A DNA stretch of 64,000 nt from Oscillospiraceae bacterium (GTDB taxonomy: Bacteria; Bacillota; Clostridia; Oscillospirales; Ruminococcaceae): the NCBI GenBank assembly GCA_016291435.1, contig JAEEXH010000001.1:59661-123660 (forward strand), read 5' to 3'. The notes under the pieces were generated by a model. The model was not told where the DNA came from and did not search any database. It saw nothing but the letters and a program-made list of their open reading frames with translations. The translations under genes were made by a program, and so were the position numbers. Shown piece after piece: positions 43,800-53,196 of this stretch; the stretch's first letter is position 1, and the number at the start of each line of letters is the position of its first letter.

Positions 43800-44951
43800 A
43801 TGAAACAGAATCTGCTCACACGGCTCACTGCCGCAATCTCCGCTGCCGTCACCGGGCTTGCCGCGTTTTCCGCGTGCAGCAATGACACCGTCCGCGACCG
43901 CTCCACGCAGGAGGTCGTCCGCGAGATGGGGCTCGGCATCAATCTCGGCAACACCTTTGAATCCTGCGGCGACTGGATCGGCAAGGACAGCGTCACAAAC
44001 TATGAGACCGGCTGGGGCAGCCCCGTCGTCACAGAGGAGATGATCCGCGGCTATGCAGACAGCGGCTTCGGTGCACTCCGCGTGCCCGTTGCATGGTCGA
44101 ATATGATGCAGGAAAATTACACGATTCACCCCGATTATCTTGCGCGTGTGCAGGAGGTCGTCGGCTGGGCGATGGACGCGGGGCTCTATGTCATCCTCAA
44201 CATTCACTGGGACGGCGGCTGGTGGACAGATTTCGCCGTTGCCGACAAGAAGGACGCGTGCATGAAAAAATACACCCGCATCTGGGAACAGCTCTGCGAT
44301 GCCTTCGGGACGCGCGGCAATCATCTGATTTTTGAGTCGCTCAACGAGGAGGGCTGCTGGGATTCCCTCTGGAACCGCTGGGGCGGCAAGGACGGCAAGG
44401 AGGAAGCCTTCGGGCTGCTGAATGAGATCAACCAGACCTTTGTCGATCTCGTGCGCAAGTCGGGCGGAAATAACACAAAGCGCCATCTGCTCATCGCCGG
44501 CTATGCGACCGATGTCGAGCTCACCTGCGATGCCGCGTTCAGAATGCCGGAGGATCCCGCAAAGCACTGCGCAGTTTCGGTGCATTACTACACCCCCGCG
44601 ACCTTCTGCATTCTCGAGGAGGATGCCGACTGGGGCAAGGCAAGATCCACATGGGGCACCGAGAAGGATCAGAAGGAGCTCACAAAATACATGGACATGC
44701 TGAAAACGACCTTTGTGGACAAGGGCGTGCCGGTCATCATCGGCGAATACGGCTGCCCGACAAAGAACAAGGATCCTGAGTCTGTGAAGCTGTTTCTCAC
44801 AAGCGTCGCAAGGGAGGCATATGCGCGGGAGATGTGCCCGGTGCTCTGGGCAACGACCGGCAATTTCTATGACCGCGAAAACGCAAAGATGTATGATGAT
44901 GCGCTGAAGCAGAGCTTCGCCGAGATCGTGCAGCAGCCCGCCGCGGCGTAA
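43800..44951 (+). CDS. glycoside hydrolase family 5 lipoprotein (endoglucanase/mannanase type)
   Basis: Lipobox LAAFSAC. GINLGNTFE, the acid/base motif FESLNEEG and the nucleophile motif VIIGEYG. Confidence 0.8.
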   Translation: MKQNLLTRLTAAISAAVTGLAAFSACSNDTVRDRSTQEVVREMGLGINLGNTFESCGDWIGKDSVTNYETGWGSPVVTEEMIRGYADSGFGALRVPVAWSNMMQENYTIHPDYLARVQEVVGWAMDAGLYVILNIHWDGGWWTDFAVADKKDACMKKYTRIWEQLCDAFGTRGNHLIFESLNEEGCWDSLWNRWGGKDGKEEAFGLLNEINQTFVDLVRKSGGNNTKRHLLIAGYATDVELTCDAAFRMPEDPAKHCAVSVHYYTPATFCILEEDADWGKARSTWGTEKDQKELTKYMDMLKTTFVDKGVPVIIGEYGCPTKNKDPESVKLFLTSVAREAYAREMCPVLWATTGNFYDRENAKMYDDALKQSFAEIVQQPAAA

Positions 44952-44959
44952 AGATGAAT

Positions 44960-45036
44960 GAGGTATCGCTTCGCGATGATTTAGAATGGGGACTCTGTCC
45001 CCAAACCCCTGCCGGGGTCAGCGGACCCCGGACCCC
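44960..45036. repeat. stop-codon-adjacent hairpin-chain repeat, copy 2
   Basis: aatgaggtatcgcttcgcgatgatttagaatggggactctgtccccaaacccctgccggggtcagcggaccccggacccca; compare 1153-1235. Confidence 0.85.
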
Positions 45037-45190
45037 ATCTTTATAAAGAAAGTAGTGCAGGTGCAGGCAAAAGCTGCGAACAGCAGCGTCATGGCAAAGC
45101 AGACGAGCACGGAAAAGTCAGACGACTTGAGAAAAACGCCGGCGCGGGCTCCGCGCACTTGAGAAAAATGCCAGCGGGGGCTCCCCGCGA

Positions 45191-45232
45191 AAAAGAACCC
45201 CCGGTACAGTGAATTGTACCGGGGGCTCTTTC
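45191..45232. terminator. bidirectional intrinsic terminator between convergent GH genes
   Basis: Stem gaacccccggtaca pairs with tgtaccgggggctc, flanked by aaaaa and ttt. Confidence 0.8.
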
Positions 45233-45261
45233 TGTACTGACCGCGAAAGGGGCGGGGGTAC

Positions 45262-48200
45262 TTACTTGGTCAGAAGCATCCGCTTCAGGGTCGTGAGGTC
45301 GCGGGCATCTGCCTTGAAGTCAGTGCAGACATCTGCTGCATAGCCCTGCTCCCATGTAAACTCAGTTTCGCCGAGGAGCGCATCCATCAGTGCTGCGGCA
45401 TCCTTGCCGTCCACAGTGCCGTTCAGATCGACGTCGCCGCGCATGCCGCGCTGTGTGAAGGGCGTGCCGTCTGCGAAACGGATGATGATGTAATCCAGGT
45501 TGATCGCCTTGTCCGCAGAACGGAAGTTCAGCTCCAGATAGCCGCCCGTGACGGTCACGGTGCCCTTGACTGCGCTGCCGTCGGTTGCACAGTTCGAGGC
45601 GATCAGCTTCTCATTGCTCTTGCCGAGATTTGCATAGACACTCGGATTCTTCGAGCAGCCCCACGGATCGCGGAAGCTCATCTCAACGGTGTATTCGCCG
45701 TCCGGGAGTGTGAAGCCGTAGTCCAGATGGCGGTCAATGTTGTTCTCATACTGGTTCTTCGTGTAGCGGAAGGAGACATTCTTTGCAGCGCCGTCTCCGG
45801 GCGATGCCTCATTCGGCCATGTGTTCGAGGTGTAGATGCCGCCGCTCTTGGAAGCGCCGCCGTACTGATCGTAGGCGTTGTCGATGAGACCCCAGCGCAT
45901 GCCGGAGACCTCGTCATTGCCCATGAGCTGCTCCGTGACGGAGTTGTACCAGCCGAGCTTGTCGCTGCCCGTGAGCGTGGTCACATCCTGGTCGCCGCAA
46001 TCTACGAAATATGCAATCTCCGTGTCAAATTCGTAGTAGGGCTTCACGGCGTTCATGTAGACGAAATCGCAGATCTTTGCAGATTCTTCGTCATCGTTTG
46101 CGGAGAAGGTCACATCGAGCACCGGCACATCTCTGCCGTCTGCTGCGACGGTGTGCAGGCAGCGCGTGAGCACTGCGGGCGGAATCGGGATGCGCACATC
46201 ATAGGTCGCGGAGGTGCCGGTGTGGTTCAGTGTCTCTGCGAACAGCACGGTATCGCCGACACGCACGCGGATCGACTTGCCGTTGTCGGAATGACGGAAG
46301 CGCACAGAGAGCATCGAGAAGACAGCCTCGGGATCGACTTCCATCTGATAGGTGAAATAGCCGCCTGCCTTTGCGTAGCGGTAGGTGGAATCGTCGGTGA
46401 TGCCGACGGTGTTCAGCGCGCGCATATCGTGCTGCTCGTCATTCTCATACTGGCCGTAGCCCGGCTGCACGGTATCGGTGACGGTGATCTTCGCACGCGG
46501 CGGCTTCTCGTCGATGACGGTGCCGTTCGAGAGGAACTTCCAGTAGATGCCGTAGCGCTGCTGATACTGCTGATAATGCGGGGTGAAGGTGAGCTTCTGG
46601 CTGGTGTCGTTCAGCGTAAAGGTCAGCGAATTCGGATCCTTCGAGAAGTGGTCGTTGATCTCTGCCATGAACGCGGCAACAGACTGCCCCTGCTTCGAGA
46701 GCGTGATATTCTGCGAGGAGACGATCTGCTCCTTCGGGATCGTGACCCACATGCCGGTGGAGCCGGTTGTCATGTTCTGCTTGCCGAGCTCTGCACTCAG
46801 CACGATGGGACCGTATTTGAAGCCGTAGACTGCCTTGTTGTCGGGGAGCGGATAGGCTGTAATCTCCATCGGGATCTTGACGGTGACCTTGTCGCCGCCC
46901 TTGACGCCGTCGATCTCTGCATAGCCGTCCGCGGTCTTGTAGCTCACGCCGGAGCCGTTCACGGAGACGGTCATCGTGCCCGCCTTCCACTGCGGGATGC
47001 GGAGCTTCAGGTCGATCGTGCCGCTGCCCGAGACAGTGAACACGGAGGTATCGGAATCCGGGATGCTGCTCTCCTGCTTCACGGTGACATTTTTCTCTGC
47101 CCACGCGATCTCGGAGCTCTGATACATATTGACATAGAGCGCATCGCCGCTGTGCATATAGATGGTGTCGCCGAGCTTTGTGAAGCTCTCCATGCCGCTG
47201 CCCGTGCAGCACCAGAAGCTGTCATAGGGCGAGGAATAGACCTTGAAATAGCCGGTTGCCATCGGCTGGAAATAGGTGGTCATGCCGGATTCCGGATTCT
47301 GCGAGGAAAGAATGGAGTTATAGTAGGTGCCCTCATAGAAATCCATGTATTTCTTGTCGCCGGTGATCTTATAGAGCTCACGGCTGAGCTTTAACATGTT
47401 GTAGGAATTACAGGTCTCGCAGTTGCAGTTGGTGCGCTCGGCATCGAGGATGTCGTCCTTGCCGAAATGCTCCCACTCGCTGTTGCCGCCGGTGATATAG
47501 GTATGATGCGTCACGACCATATCCCAGAAGGCCTCTGCGTATTGCAGATAGCGCGAGGCGTCGATCTTCTCGCCGTTCACGGTCCTGCCGTCCATCACCT
47601 GATAGCGGCGGAGCGCACCGATGAACTTCGGGATCGTCGTGTTCGCGTGGCGGTTGTTGAGCACATCCGCGCCGCCCGAGAGCACGCGCTCATGCAGCGC
47701 CGTCTCATCGAAATAATGTGCAGCGGCAGCGTGGGTATCCTTGCCGGTGATCGCATAGAGCTGATAGAGGCAGTCATTCATGCCGCCGTATTCGATCGAA
47801 AGCACGGTGTTGTGCGTCTGCTGATTCCATGTGGAGCAGCGGTTATAGGTCCAGTCGCCGAGCGCGGATGCAATATCCTTCGCCGTGGACTTGCCGGTCA
47901 TGTTGTAGACATCGACAAGACCCTGCACGAGCTTGTGCATCGTATACCACGGCACCCACGACTCGTCAATGATATTCGTCTTGCCCTGCTGCACGAGGTC
48001 AAACTGCTTCTCGACATTGTTGGAATCCTTGATCTGACCTGCCCAGAGGAAGCCGGGGCGTCCCTTGGAATTCTGCTGGCAGGTGCGCATCCCGGAGAGG
48101 AGCTTGTCGAGGATGTCATCGAGCTTTGCACGCTGCGCAGCGGTCAGCGCGGGATTCTGATACGCCTGTGCGCACGCGGAGAGATAGTGACCGACGGTAT

Positions 48201-48540
48201 GACCCGCGATCAGGGTGTTCTCCCAGCCTGCATAACGGCGTGCGCCGTTGGTCGAGAGCTTTGCATTCTCGCGGAAGCCGCAGAGCAGGCGCTCCGTATC
48301 GAAGGAGAGCAGATAGTCCATCTCCTTCGAGAATGCGTTGGTGCAGTAAGGGTCGGTCATCGTGAGATCACGGAGCGTGAAATCCTCGATGTGCATGTCG
48401 GCTGCCTCTGCAATCGGTATATTCCCCTGCTTCGGCAGATAAAGCCCTGTGCCGAGCGCCATCACGGACGCTGCTGCAATCGCTGCGGTTCTCCGCAGGA
48501 TCTGCTTTGCGGCACGGTTTCCCCCTGAAACCTGTTTCAT
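45262..48540 (-). CDS. secreted multidomain glycoside hydrolase: GH127/DUF1680-like catalytic region, carbohydrate-binding-like region and C-terminal dockerin
   Basis: ATG at 48540 follows AAGGAGGA, with a signal peptide. GHTVGHYLSA, CETCNSYNML and FWCCTGSGMESF (the Glu/Cys cluster typical of GH127). The C-terminal GDVDLNGTVDGKDAAALMDALL...DARDLTTLKRMLL is dockerin-like. Confidence 0.8.
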   Translation of the reverse strand: MKQVSGGNRAAKQILRRTAAIAAASVMALGTGLYLPKQGNIPIAEAADMHIEDFTLRDLTMTDPYCTNAFSKEMDYLLSFDTERLLCGFRENAKLSTNGARRYAGWENTLIAGHTVGHYLSACAQAYQNPALTAAQRAKLDDILDKLLSGMRTCQQNSKGRPGFLWAGQIKDSNNVEKQFDLVQQGKTNIIDESWVPWYTMHKLVQGLVDVYNMTGKSTAKDIASALGDWTYNRCSTWNQQTHNTVLSIEYGGMNDCLYQLYAITGKDTHAAAAHYFDETALHERVLSGGADVLNNRHANTTIPKFIGALRRYQVMDGRTVNGEKIDASRYLQYAEAFWDMVVTHHTYITGGNSEWEHFGKDDILDAERTNCNCETCNSYNMLKLSRELYKITGDKKYMDFYEGTYYNSILSSQNPESGMTTYFQPMATGYFKVYSSPYDSFWCCTGSGMESFTKLGDTIYMHSGDALYVNMYQSSEIAWAEKNVTVKQESSIPDSDTSVFTVSGSGTIDLKLRIPQWKAGTMTVSVNGSGVSYKTADGYAEIDGVKGGDKVTVKIPMEITAYPLPDNKAVYGFKYGPIVLSAELGKQNMTTGSTGMWVTIPKEQIVSSQNITLSKQGQSVAAFMAEINDHFSKDPNSLTFTLNDTSQKLTFTPHYQQYQQRYGIYWKFLSNGTVIDEKPPRAKITVTDTVQPGYGQYENDEQHDMRALNTVGITDDSTYRYAKAGGYFTYQMEVDPEAVFSMLSVRFRHSDNGKSIRVRVGDTVLFAETLNHTGTSATYDVRIPIPPAVLTRCLHTVAADGRDVPVLDVTFSANDDEESAKICDFVYMNAVKPYYEFDTEIAYFVDCGDQDVTTLTGSDKLGWYNSVTEQLMGNDEVSGMRWGLIDNAYDQYGGASKSGGIYTSNTWPNEASPGDGAAKNVSFRYTKNQYENNIDRHLDYGFTLPDGEYTVEMSFRDPWGCSKNPSVYANLGKSNEKLIASNCATDGSAVKGTVTVTGGYLELNFRSADKAINLDYIIIRFADGTPFTQRGMRGDVDLNGTVDGKDAAALMDALLGETEFTWEQGYAADVCTDFKADARDLTTLKRMLLTK

Positions 48541-48973
48541 TTCAAATCCTCCTTGGTTCTGTATTGATTTTTTCTTTTTATCGGCACGGTGCCGGCTTTC
48601 TGCGTACAGTACCGCAGTTTCATCATATAGGATTCTGCCGGGAATTGCAATGACCTTTTCTGCCATTCTCATGCAGGATACTCCCAAACGCTGCCCGCAG
48701 GACTGAATCGCCAAAAACTTGTGCACACTGCGCCGATTTTACATTCATTATAGCGCAGCCGGCATACACTGGCAATTCAAAAAATACAGAAATGCTAGAG
48801 AATGTGCAGTTCTTGCAATAAAAAGCCGCAGGATCCGTCATGAAGACCCTGCGGCTGCTGTTTGTAATGTATCGCTGATGCGATAATCTGTAATGGGGAC
48901 AGCGTTCCCCGGTGCACAGGCTGGCCCAGAACAGTCAGTTGACTTGAGAATACTGCCTGCGCCGGCTCCGCGC

Positions 48974-49330
48974 TCACTGCCAGATCTCAGCGTCCTCTGC
49001 GGTATAGGCTTCCAGCGAATTCGCCTTGACCTGCGTACAGGCATAGCTGATGCCGGAATCCTCTGCGGCGAAGAACTGCCGCTTGGCTGCCGGTGCGATG
49101 CGCACCCAGTCGCCGGCGTGCAGCGTGACGGTCTCGCCGTCGATGACCGCCTTGCCCTTGCCCGCGAGAATCACATAGATCTCCTCATTCTGCTTATGCG
49201 AATGCACAAACGGCACAGATGCGCCTGCGGGCAGATTGTTGACGCTGATCTCCGCTCCTGTCAGACCGAGCTGATCGTGCAGCTCCGTTCTGGCATCCTG
49301 ACCGACACTGACCTTACTGAAATTACACAT
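48974..49330 (-). CDS. cupin-domain protein
   Basis: ATG at 49330 (MCNFSKV) follows GGAGG. PFVHSHKQNEEIYVILAGKG...GDWVRI is a cupin motif. Confidence 0.75.
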   Translation of the reverse strand: MCNFSKVSVGQDARTELHDQLGLTGAEISVNNLPAGASVPFVHSHKQNEEIYVILAGKGKAVIDGETVTLHAGDWVRIAPAAKRQFFAAEDSGISYACTQVKANSLEAYTAEDAEIWQ

Positions 49331-49354
49331 AATAAAAACCTCCGTTTGCATTGT

Positions 49355-49478
49355 GTTGTAACCGTTTCGATTACAACGACAGTATAGCATAATTTCGCTG
49401 TAATGCCAACGGTTACAACGAAATTTCAGCAGCCTGCACAAACCGGCAGAGCGTTTATTGTAACGATTGACATTACAA
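49355..49478. promoter_or_regulatory. three TTGTAA-N9-TTACAA operator-like palindromes in the cupin/Rrf2 divergent region
   Basis: gTTGTAA-N9-TTACAAc (49355-49377), cTGTAA-N9-TTACAA (49398-49418) and TTGTAA-N9-TTACAA (49458-49478). Confidence 0.6.
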
Positions 49479-49495
49479 CCAAATTGTGATACAAT
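49467..49495 (+). promoter_or_regulatory. sigma-A-type promoter of the Rrf2 gene, overlapped by the third palindrome
   Basis: TTGACA (49467-49472), a 17-nt spacer and TACAAT (49490-49495). Confidence 0.65.
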
Positions 49496-49519
49496 AGAAG
49501 CGCAAAGGAGGAACCGCAT

Positions 49520-49942
49520 ATGCAGTTTTCATCGAGATTTACCATCGCCGTGCACATTCTTGTGTGTACCGCGATGTTTCAGGAGCGCGAAAAGGTCACA
49601 TCCGCATTTCTGGCAGGCAGCATCGGCGTGAATCCCGTGATCGTGCGGAATGTGCTGGGGCAGCTCTCCGCCGCCGGTCTGGTCGGGATCCGGGCAGGCG
49701 TCGGCGGTGCGCATCTCGCAAGACCCGCCGAAGAAACCACGCTGCTGGATGTTTTCCGGGCAGTGGAAAAGGACGAGGCGCTGTTTCATTTTCACGAGAA
49801 CCCGAACCCGCTCTGCCCTGTCGGAAGAAATATCCACACCGTCATGGACAGCCGCCTGACGGACATTCAGTCGGCAATGGAGCGGCAGATGGCTGAGACA
49901 ACGCTCCGGCAGCTTGTCGATGAGACACAGGAGAAGGCATAA
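49520..49942 (+). CDS. Rrf2-family transcriptional regulator
   Basis: MQFSSRFTIAVHILVCTAMFQEREKVTSAFLAGSIGVNPVIVRNVLGQLSAAGLV is a typical Rrf2 winged-helix N-terminus. 140 aa. Confidence 0.85.
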   Translation: MQFSSRFTIAVHILVCTAMFQEREKVTSAFLAGSIGVNPVIVRNVLGQLSAAGLVGIRAGVGGAHLARPAEETTLLDVFRAVEKDEALFHFHENPNPLCPVGRNIHTVMDSRLTDIQSAMERQMAETTLRQLVDETQEKA

Positions 49943-49959
49943 TATACGGAGAGGATGAT

Positions 49960-50002
49960 CCCCTCATCGCCGTAACAGAGACGGCGGTGAGGGTTTTTTT
50001 TG
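49960..50002 (+). terminator. intrinsic terminator after the Rrf2 gene
   Basis: Stem ccctcatcgccgt pairs with acggcggtgaggg, followed by T8. Confidence 0.85.
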
Positions 50003-50199
50003 TATATGTGAAAACGCATAACCAGAGCCGGATTTCTCTCCGCTGCATAGTGCAGATCGCCGAAATTGTTTTGTTAGATGAAAAAAGTTGTACGCTGACG
50101 TACAACTTTTCGCGAAAAACCCGCTGCTTATGGAGGCGCATCTGTGCAGCGCACACACATTCAGCCGCCTCACATCGGATACGGAAAGGCGATGATCCT

Positions 50200-50706
50200 A
50201 TGCAGCAGTCCCCTTCCCCGGACCGCCGTGCGTTCTGCCGGTGGTTCATGGCACTCGGCAATCCCGCCGAAGCCGCAAGGAGAGCGGGCTTCCCCGCTGA
50301 GACCGCCGAGCAGGAGGCACTCCGGCTTTTGCAGACACCCGCATGCAGAAGCTACCTCAGCCAGCTCGCGGCACAGCCCCCGCTCCCGCTGCAAAGCCTC
50401 TGCATCGCAGGGCTTGCGCGGCTTGCCTTCGGCGCCGCCAATGACGCAGCAAAGCTCGTATTTGCAGACGAAATGCCGTCGGACAGCACGCTCTCTGCGC
50501 TCGATCTGTTCCATGTTTCCGAGCTGAAACGCGACAAAGGCGGCGGCGTTGAGGTAAAGCTCTTTGACCGGCAGAAGGCGATGGAGCGCCTGCTCGAATG
50601 TGCGGCATCCGCAGATTCCGCGGCGGCTGCCTCCGCGCTGCTCGCGGCGCTCAGCGGTGCGGAAAATGCAGCAGATTCCGACGCCCGTGAGGAGGATGCC
50701 GGATGA
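50200..50706 (+). CDS. terminase small subunit-like protein
   Basis: 168 aa directly upstream of terL with an ATGA overlap. The N-terminal HTH-like FCRWFMALGNPAEAARRAGF and the KLFDRQKAMERL motif are typical of TerS proteins. Confidence 0.65.
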   Translation: MQQSPSPDRRAFCRWFMALGNPAEAARRAGFPAETAEQEALRLLQTPACRSYLSQLAAQPPLPLQSLCIAGLARLAFGAANDAAKLVFADEMPSDSTLSALDLFHVSELKRDKGGGVEVKLFDRQKAMERLLECAASADSAAAASALLAALSGAENAADSDAREEDAG

Positions 50707-51950
50707 CGCCCGTGCCCTTCTCGAAAAAGCAGCTGCTCGCCGTCAACTGGTGGCATATGCCGCAGTACCGCAAATATGACGCGGTCATCTGCGACGGCGC
50801 CGTGCGCTCCGGCAAGACGACCGCACTCTCCATCGGCTTTGTCATCTGGGCAAGCACCTGCTTTCAGGGACAGAGCTTCGCGGTCTGCGGCAGAACCGTC
50901 ACCGCACTGCGCCGCAATGTCATCACGCCGCTCGCCGCGCAGCTCCGCACGCTCGGCTTCGAGGTCACAGAGCGGGTCAGCCGCTCCTTCCTCGATATCC
51001 GGCTCGGCAGCCATGTCAACCGCTTCTATTGCTTCGGCGGAAAGGATGAAGCCTCTGCGTCGCTCATTCAGGGCATCACACTTGCCGGTGTGCTGCTCGA
51101 TGAGGTCGCGCTGATGCCGAGATCATTCGTCGAGCAGGCGCTGGCACGCTGCTCCGTGCCCGGTTCCCGGCTCTGGTTTTCCTGCAATCCCGACCGCCCC
51201 GACCACTGGTTCTACCGCGAGTGGATCTGCAAAACGGAGGAGAAGCATGCGCTCTATCTGCACTTCACGATGCGCGACAACGCCTCTCTGACGCCCGCGA
51301 TCCGAAAGCGCTATGAACGGCTCTATACCGGCGCCTTCTACGACCGCTATGTGCGCGGCGTCTGGACGGCGGCGCAGGGGCTTGTCTATCCGATGTTCCG
51401 CGCATCGCTCCACACGGGCGAGCCGGACGCGGAGCCTGAGCGCTATGCGGTCTCCTGCGACTACGGCACGATGAACCCCGCCTCCTTCGGGCTCTGGGCG
51501 CTCTGCCGCGGCTGCTGGTACCGCATCGCCGAAAGCTACTACGACGGCAGGAAGACCGGCCTCCCGCGCACCGATGAGGAGCATTACGCCGCGCTCTGTG
51601 CACTCATCGGCGGCAGACCCGTCGATCCGATCGTGGTCGATCCTTCCGCGGCGAGCTTCATTGCCTGCATCCGGAAGCACGGGCAATACCGTGTCATCCC
51701 CGCAAAAAACGATGTGCTCTCCGGCATCCGCAGAGTCGCCGATGCCGTTCGGAGCGGGGAGATCCGCATTTCGCCCGGCTGCACAGACACTTTGCGTGAA
51801 TTCACGCTCTATGCCTGGGATGACAAGGCAGGGAAGGACGCGCCGCTGAAGGAGAACGATCACGCGATGGATGACATCCGCTATTTCGTCAGCACGGTCA
51901 TCGACAAAGAGCCGGAAGCACCGTTCTTTGTTGCCTCCGTGCGGCGATAG
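50703..51950 (+). CDS. terminase large subunit (PBSX-like)
   Basis: 415 aa. Walker A CDGAVRSGKTT, Walker B-like AGVLLDEVA and a C-terminal nuclease-like region with HAMDDIRY. Confidence 0.8.
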   Translation: MTPVPFSKKQLLAVNWWHMPQYRKYDAVICDGAVRSGKTTALSIGFVIWASTCFQGQSFAVCGRTVTALRRNVITPLAAQLRTLGFEVTERVSRSFLDIRLGSHVNRFYCFGGKDEASASLIQGITLAGVLLDEVALMPRSFVEQALARCSVPGSRLWFSCNPDRPDHWFYREWICKTEEKHALYLHFTMRDNASLTPAIRKRYERLYTGAFYDRYVRGVWTAAQGLVYPMFRASLHTGEPDAEPERYAVSCDYGTMNPASFGLWALCRGCWYRIAESYYDGRKTGLPRTDEEHYAALCALIGGRPVDPIVVDPSAASFIACIRKHGQYRVIPAKNDVLSGIRRVADAVRSGEIRISPGCTDTLREFTLYAWDDKAGKDAPLKENDHAMDDIRYFVSTVIDKEPEAPFFVASVRR

Positions 51951-52001
51951 CACAAGGCGCCTTTCCGCAGACACATTTTATCTGAAAGGAGGAATCAGCG
52001 C

Positions 52002-53183
52002 ATGGCATTTTCATTTTTGCAGCGCAGACGGAAGCCGCATCCTGTGCGGTCGGCAGCGTTTCCCGCGGCAGTCACAGCCGGTGCAAAGCCGCCGCAGCAC
52101 ACGCATCTGCCGCTCTGCGCGCCGCCCCCACCCGCTCCGCAGGAATGGCAGCTCTATGACGCACTGCGGTATTCCGTGCCGGTGATCGACGCGGCGATCC
52201 GCAAGATCGTGCGGCTGACAGGCGGCTTCCGGCTCAGGGCGGAATCGGCGGAGGGGCAGGCACTGCTCGACCGCTTTGCCGCAGAGGTGCCGGTCAATGC
52301 GGGCGGTATCTCGCTCGGGCTCTTTGCCGATCAGATGCTCGACAGCCTGCTGACCTACGGCAATGCCGCGGGCGAATGGCTCCCCGATGCGGACGGCAGA
52401 CCCGCCGCGCTCCTGACAGCGCATCCGTCGCTGCTGCATGTGCAGGCGGAAAGCCCCGGGCAGTGCAGCTTCTCGGTCATGCCGCCCGGCGCAAAGAAGC
52501 CGCAGCCGCTCCCACACCCCGAGCGCATTCTCTTTGCGGCGCTTGACCCGCCCGCAGGCAGCATCTACGGCGTGTCCGTCCTGCGCGGACTGCCTGCTGT
52601 CTCGCAGATCCTTCTGCGCATCTACGAATGCATCGGGCAGAATTACGAGCGCGCCGGCAATGTCCGCTATGCCGTGACCTATCACCCCTCGGGCGATGCC
52701 GCCGCCTATGCCTCGGAGCATGCCAAAGCCATCGCAGATGCGTGGTCGGACGGCATCCGGGCAGCGCGGTACGGCGAGGTGCAGGATTTCGTCGCAGTCG
52801 GTGATGTCGATATCAAGGTCATCGGCGCAGAGAACCGGCTCTTTGACACGAATGTTCCCGTGCGTCAGCTTCTGGAGCAGATCGTCTCAAAGCTCTCCAT
52901 CCCGCCCTTCCTGCTCGGATTTTCGTGGTCAACGACCGAGCGCATGTCCGCGCAGCAGGCAGATATCCTCACCTCTGAGCTGGAATATTTCCGGCGCATC
53001 CTCACACCGCAGCTCACAAAAATCGCAGCCGCCGTTCTCCGCGGCGCAGGCCTCCCCGACACGCCTTCTGTCGAATGGGATACCATCAATCTACAGGATG
53101 AGACCGAGCTTGCAGAAGCCCGTCTTAAGAATGCACAGGCGCGTGAGATCGAGCAGAGACTCGATGCTGCGCAGCCGGACTGA
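52002..53183 (+). CDS. phage portal protein
   Basis: 393 aa immediately after terL. RBS GAAAGGAGGA. The size, position and sequence character fit a portal protein. Confidence 0.65.
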   Translation: MAFSFLQRRRKPHPVRSAAFPAAVTAGAKPPQHTHLPLCAPPPPAPQEWQLYDALRYSVPVIDAAIRKIVRLTGGFRLRAESAEGQALLDRFAAEVPVNAGGISLGLFADQMLDSLLTYGNAAGEWLPDADGRPAALLTAHPSLLHVQAESPGQCSFSVMPPGAKKPQPLPHPERILFAALDPPAGSIYGVSVLRGLPAVSQILLRIYECIGQNYERAGNVRYAVTYHPSGDAAAYASEHAKAIADAWSDGIRAARYGEVQDFVAVGDVDIKVIGAENRLFDTNVPVRQLLEQIVSKLSIPPFLLGFSWSTTERMSAQQADILTSELEYFRRILTPQLTKIAAAVLRGAGLPDTPSVEWDTINLQDETELAEARLKNAQAREIEQRLDAAQPD

Positions 53184-53196
53184 AAGGAGCATATAT

